This document shows, piece by piece, positions 60,641 to 64,000 of a stretch of 64,000 bases of DNA; the first letter of the stretch is position 1; each line of letters begins with the position of its first letter. Origin of the DNA: Salminus brasiliensis (taxonomy: Eukaryota); the NCBI RefSeq assembly GCF_030463535.1, contig NC_132885.1:19601786-19665785 (forward strand), written 5' to 3'. Both the position numbers and the translations under genes were made by a program. The notes under the pieces were generated by a model, which saw only the letters and a program-made list of their open reading frames with translations, was not told where the DNA came from and did not search any database.

Positions 60641-63284
60641 CAGCCCTTACGCTGCTTACACCACCCAACCTTCCCCATATAAACACTTTACCAGTGTCTC
60701 TGACAGCTCTCGCTCTGTGGCCGGGTGTTTATGCTGCAAGTTCTCCTCTGTGACTCCACCTTTTTTCTGTCACAGTACCCAAAATATATGACTTAAAATA
60801 TAAACACAATAATTTGGGATAAATCTAACAAGAAAACCCTTCACACTGTCAGAAAACAACATTACAAGGATGCTGTGAGCAGGAGTTATTGAGGGAGACA
60901 TTTTAGCCCCTCTGAACTTTGAAGAGAACTCATCCCCCTCCCAAACCTACACATATGCCTCGAGTACATATTTATAATAACACAGGTCCCCAAAAATAAA
61001 AGAAGAGGCCAGTCAACATCCAAGCTCTAAGCATATCACTATAGGCTCTGTGTGGTACTCAATAGCCCACCCCAGGCTACAAGAACTAGACAAGGCATAG
61101 AGCCATGCAGGTCACAGGAATCGAACAGGAACCAGATAAACCCAATGTGTTGGAACTGGATCGACCTGGAAAGCTGGAACTGGAGTGAGAAACTGGCACA
61201 GGAACTGGCGATCCATGTAGCTGGCACAGAGTGGGGAACTGGAACCGGAGGGACCCAGCTAACAGAAACTGGAGCTTTTTTAAAGCAGGAACAGGAACTG
61301 AAATGCTCTGAATGAGGTAGCTAATCCCGTACTCTCCTGTTCTTACACAGTGAAAGCAGACATTAACCCCTCATGTATTATCCCACAGTACAGTAAATAT
61401 AAACATGTATATGCTGTGATTTTGTATGTATAAAAATCATCAAAATGTCTTTTAATAAATCGATTATAAAATTGAATGAATAGAAATGCAATTTTCTTGT
61501 AAAGAAAAGGTCGGTTACACTTTTCCTAGAACCATCTACAAGCCTCTAACATTGATTGGGAGAATTGCTGTTTCAGTGTTACTTTCAATGAACAGCTTAA
61601 TGTTAAATGAAGAACCTAAATGAAGTACAGGATCCAGGTTCTGTACTGAAATTTGGATCATTATGGATAAGAATATCAATCTGATTGATTATACAGTTTT
61701 GCATGTATGCAAATGTGGCATTTGCAAGTTTGATAAGAGAGAATAAAGTTACTGTTACCAATTAACATTGGAGGTGAAGCTTGACTGGCTAGTGAAACAT
61801 GTATAGATTAAGGCCATGATTTCATTTACTGATGCCTTAACCTTTCCAACATGTTCTGTTTATGAACACCAGTGCTCTTTGCAAGGCTGTGATTTTTATA
61901 ATCAACATGATCAGTCAAATTTGTTTTGCCGTGATTATGCATTATCTAAATTAGAGAAAGTATACGTGAACAAGCCATAATAATAATAATAATAATATTA
62001 ATAACCCCACTTAATGTTTTTTCAGTTTTTCAGTCATCACAGAAGCCTGCGACATCCCTCAAACACCAACCAAATTAGCTGCTTTACATCCAGCATTGCA
62101 GTCCAAATCAACTGTCTGAACAGCAGGATTTCTTTTCTGAAATTGTTTGTTGCTGTTGCTGTCAACGGCTCTGGCATCCAACGGCTCTTGCATTTAGCGC
62201 CGCAAAAATTTATCTCTAATATCTAATTCTCTTTGTTTGATTCAGCAGCAATACCTGACTTTATATGATCGCAAATTGTGTAGTTTACATCAAGGCTAGA
62301 AACTGAGCTAGCTGCAGCTAAACCTTTCTAGCGTTTTCTCTTGTGCAGAGGCTGCAATGGCTTAAGTCAGCGTTGGATCTGACAATCCAATTTGGGGATC
62401 TTTTTAAGCAGCTCATGGTTACACTGGTCCTTTATTTGAATTGGGCAGAATTCCCGTTGAATAGTTAACCACTGTTTGTGACCCAATTAGTAGAGCTCAA
62501 TTAAATTAGTTGGTTTAGCCTACAGCTGTTAAAAGGCAGCACATCATCCTCATGCAATCTGCCATGATTCAGTAAATTGAAATATGAGCCATTTTCTCAT
62601 TTCACAGCAGCGAGAGAGAGAGAGAGGGTGCAGGAGGGGCAGATACGGTACTGGAAATGGGCCTGTACTCACCAGTTTACAGTACTGGCATTTCTACATT
62701 TGACTCTTGGTAGAACTTTCTTCTGCTCTCGCCATATCAGGTACTGTGTGATTCATAATGATGCTATAGAAACTGTTTTACCCAGGGGGCACCACACACT
62801 GTTACTGTTCTCTTTAGGGTTGACAGGCATAGTGAGTGCACTGAACTGTGGCGGTTCAGTACATATACCTGCACAGTTACACTCCTAAAACTTACATATT
62901 TGTTTGAACTTGGATTCTGCAGTTGGTATAAATCTGCAAATATCCTTCATATATCTGCTCTGAGCTTCTTGGATTTTCACATTGTAAAGTGCGTTGAGTG
63001 CTGCCAAACAAACTCTTTTTATGTGGACACGGAGATGCTACAAGCTACAGTCGATCACGATCAGTAAGAGAAAGTTACCAAACCTTGGTTTTGGTAAAAA
63101 GTTCCATTCACTCATTCTGCTCCAGAAAAGAATAGTTCAAAGAGATCATGAAAAGTGCTGCACTCCGACTGAACCTTAATGTTAGGAGAACCAGTTGTTG
63201 TCAGTAGAGTCGAAAATTTTATTTGAAAAGATAATGAAAGGTAACATCATCTGCCATCGTCTGACGCTAGTAGTTCTGTAAGCA

Positions 63285-63440
63285 TGTTAGTGCTGAAGTT
63301 TCATTTCTGCTGCTCGGGCTGTAGCCTGCTTCATGCTTTGTGGTATTGGCTTTGTTGTGTGGCAGTCCAGAATATGAAGGCACGACACCAGAAAACCCCT
63401 GCTTAGGTATAAAAGCTACAGAGGAAGGAGTCAGAACTGT
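63285..63440. repeat. Partial third copy of the CALHM-upstream/ttf2-tail duplication unit.
   Basis: It is similar to 60330-60500 and 57240-57430 (...agcctgc.t...aggaaggagtcagaactgt...). No CALHM exon is recognisable next to it. Confidence 0.4.
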
Positions 63441-64000
63441 GCTTTTGCACCCAATAACTATGCTATACTAAATTAAAACATTTCAATTCAAATATCTTTG
63501 AAAAGTGCTTGACACAAAGCAGCTGTACAGGAATCCAGGTCAAAAGCTCTTTTGAACAACCAAGTGGCAACAATGGCAAGAAAAAACTCCCTCAGATCAA
63601 GATGAAGAAACCTTGAGAGGAACCAAGACTCAAAAAGGGAACCCAACCGTCTCTGGTCGACACCAGATAGCAGAACAAAAAGTCTAGTTACAAGAATGAA
63701 AGCAGATGAAAAGTAGAGTAATGCCTGGATAAAGAGAAATAATGAAGATATAGGACTAATGTGACAGAAAGACATCCCTATTGAGGATCCCACTACGTGT
63801 CTACTTGCATACCTATCAGGTTACTTGCTGTTAAGTACTGTATACATGAAAACTGGTCTGTTATACCTCAGTGACGGCTGTGTTCATGTATGTTATAAGC
63901 TGACTGAATATAGCTTTATGTCCTAGCACATTACATACCTCTGCACCTTATCCCCACCATACACATTCAGTACAGAGTGTGTCTGTGTTACAATGTCCTG

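Noticed and set aside
60133-60678. ORFs 60133..60549 (+) and 60214..60678 (-).
   Set aside because: They overlap the CALHM-like exon 1 and the duplicated ttf2-tail fragment in other frames or strands, and have no homology support.

Overview
This window is vertebrate nuclear DNA, most likely from an ostariophysan teleost (cyprinid- or catfish-like). The evidence is GT-AG introns, abundant (CA/GT)n microsatellites, Tc1-like transposon relics, tRNA-derived SINEs and a LINE 3' tail. It is not prokaryotic: I found no operons, no CRISPR array and no defence-island-like system, and I do not claim one.

Three gene loci are recoverable.

(1) The 3' part of an EWI-family immunoglobulin-superfamily gene, cd101/ptgfrn-like, on the + strand. 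It comprises two phase-1 Ig-domain exons (14874-15284 and 20890-21312), each carrying a YYC...VEEWL EWI-type motif, and a terminal transmembrane plus cytoplasmic-tail exon (23335-23585).

(2) A complete ttf2 orthologue (transcription termination factor 2, SNF2 ATPase with an N-terminal GRF zinc finger) on the + strand. All 23 coding exons from ATG 45258 to TAA 55729 are resolved, giving 1158 codons. The CD101-TTF2 adjacency matches human 1p13.1 as I recall it.

(3) Downstream of ttf2, on the - strand, a lineage-specific tandem segmental duplication carrying CALHM-like (calcium homeostasis modulator) genes. One copy is an apparently intact short two-exon gene (59507-59746 and 59901-60350). The other is a pseudogenised paralogue (about 56700-57290) with a frameshift and in-frame stops. 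The duplication also copied a degenerate ttf2 terminal exon (60480-60640).

Other notable details: a (TG)~46 tract abuts the 3' splice site of ttf2 exon 18, a (CT)~31 tract forms the polypyrimidine tract of the second Ig exon, and several interspersed repeat families occur in two or three copies.

Coordinates are read by hand from the sequence. Exon boundaries are anchored to the ORF track where possible but may be off by 1-2 nt.
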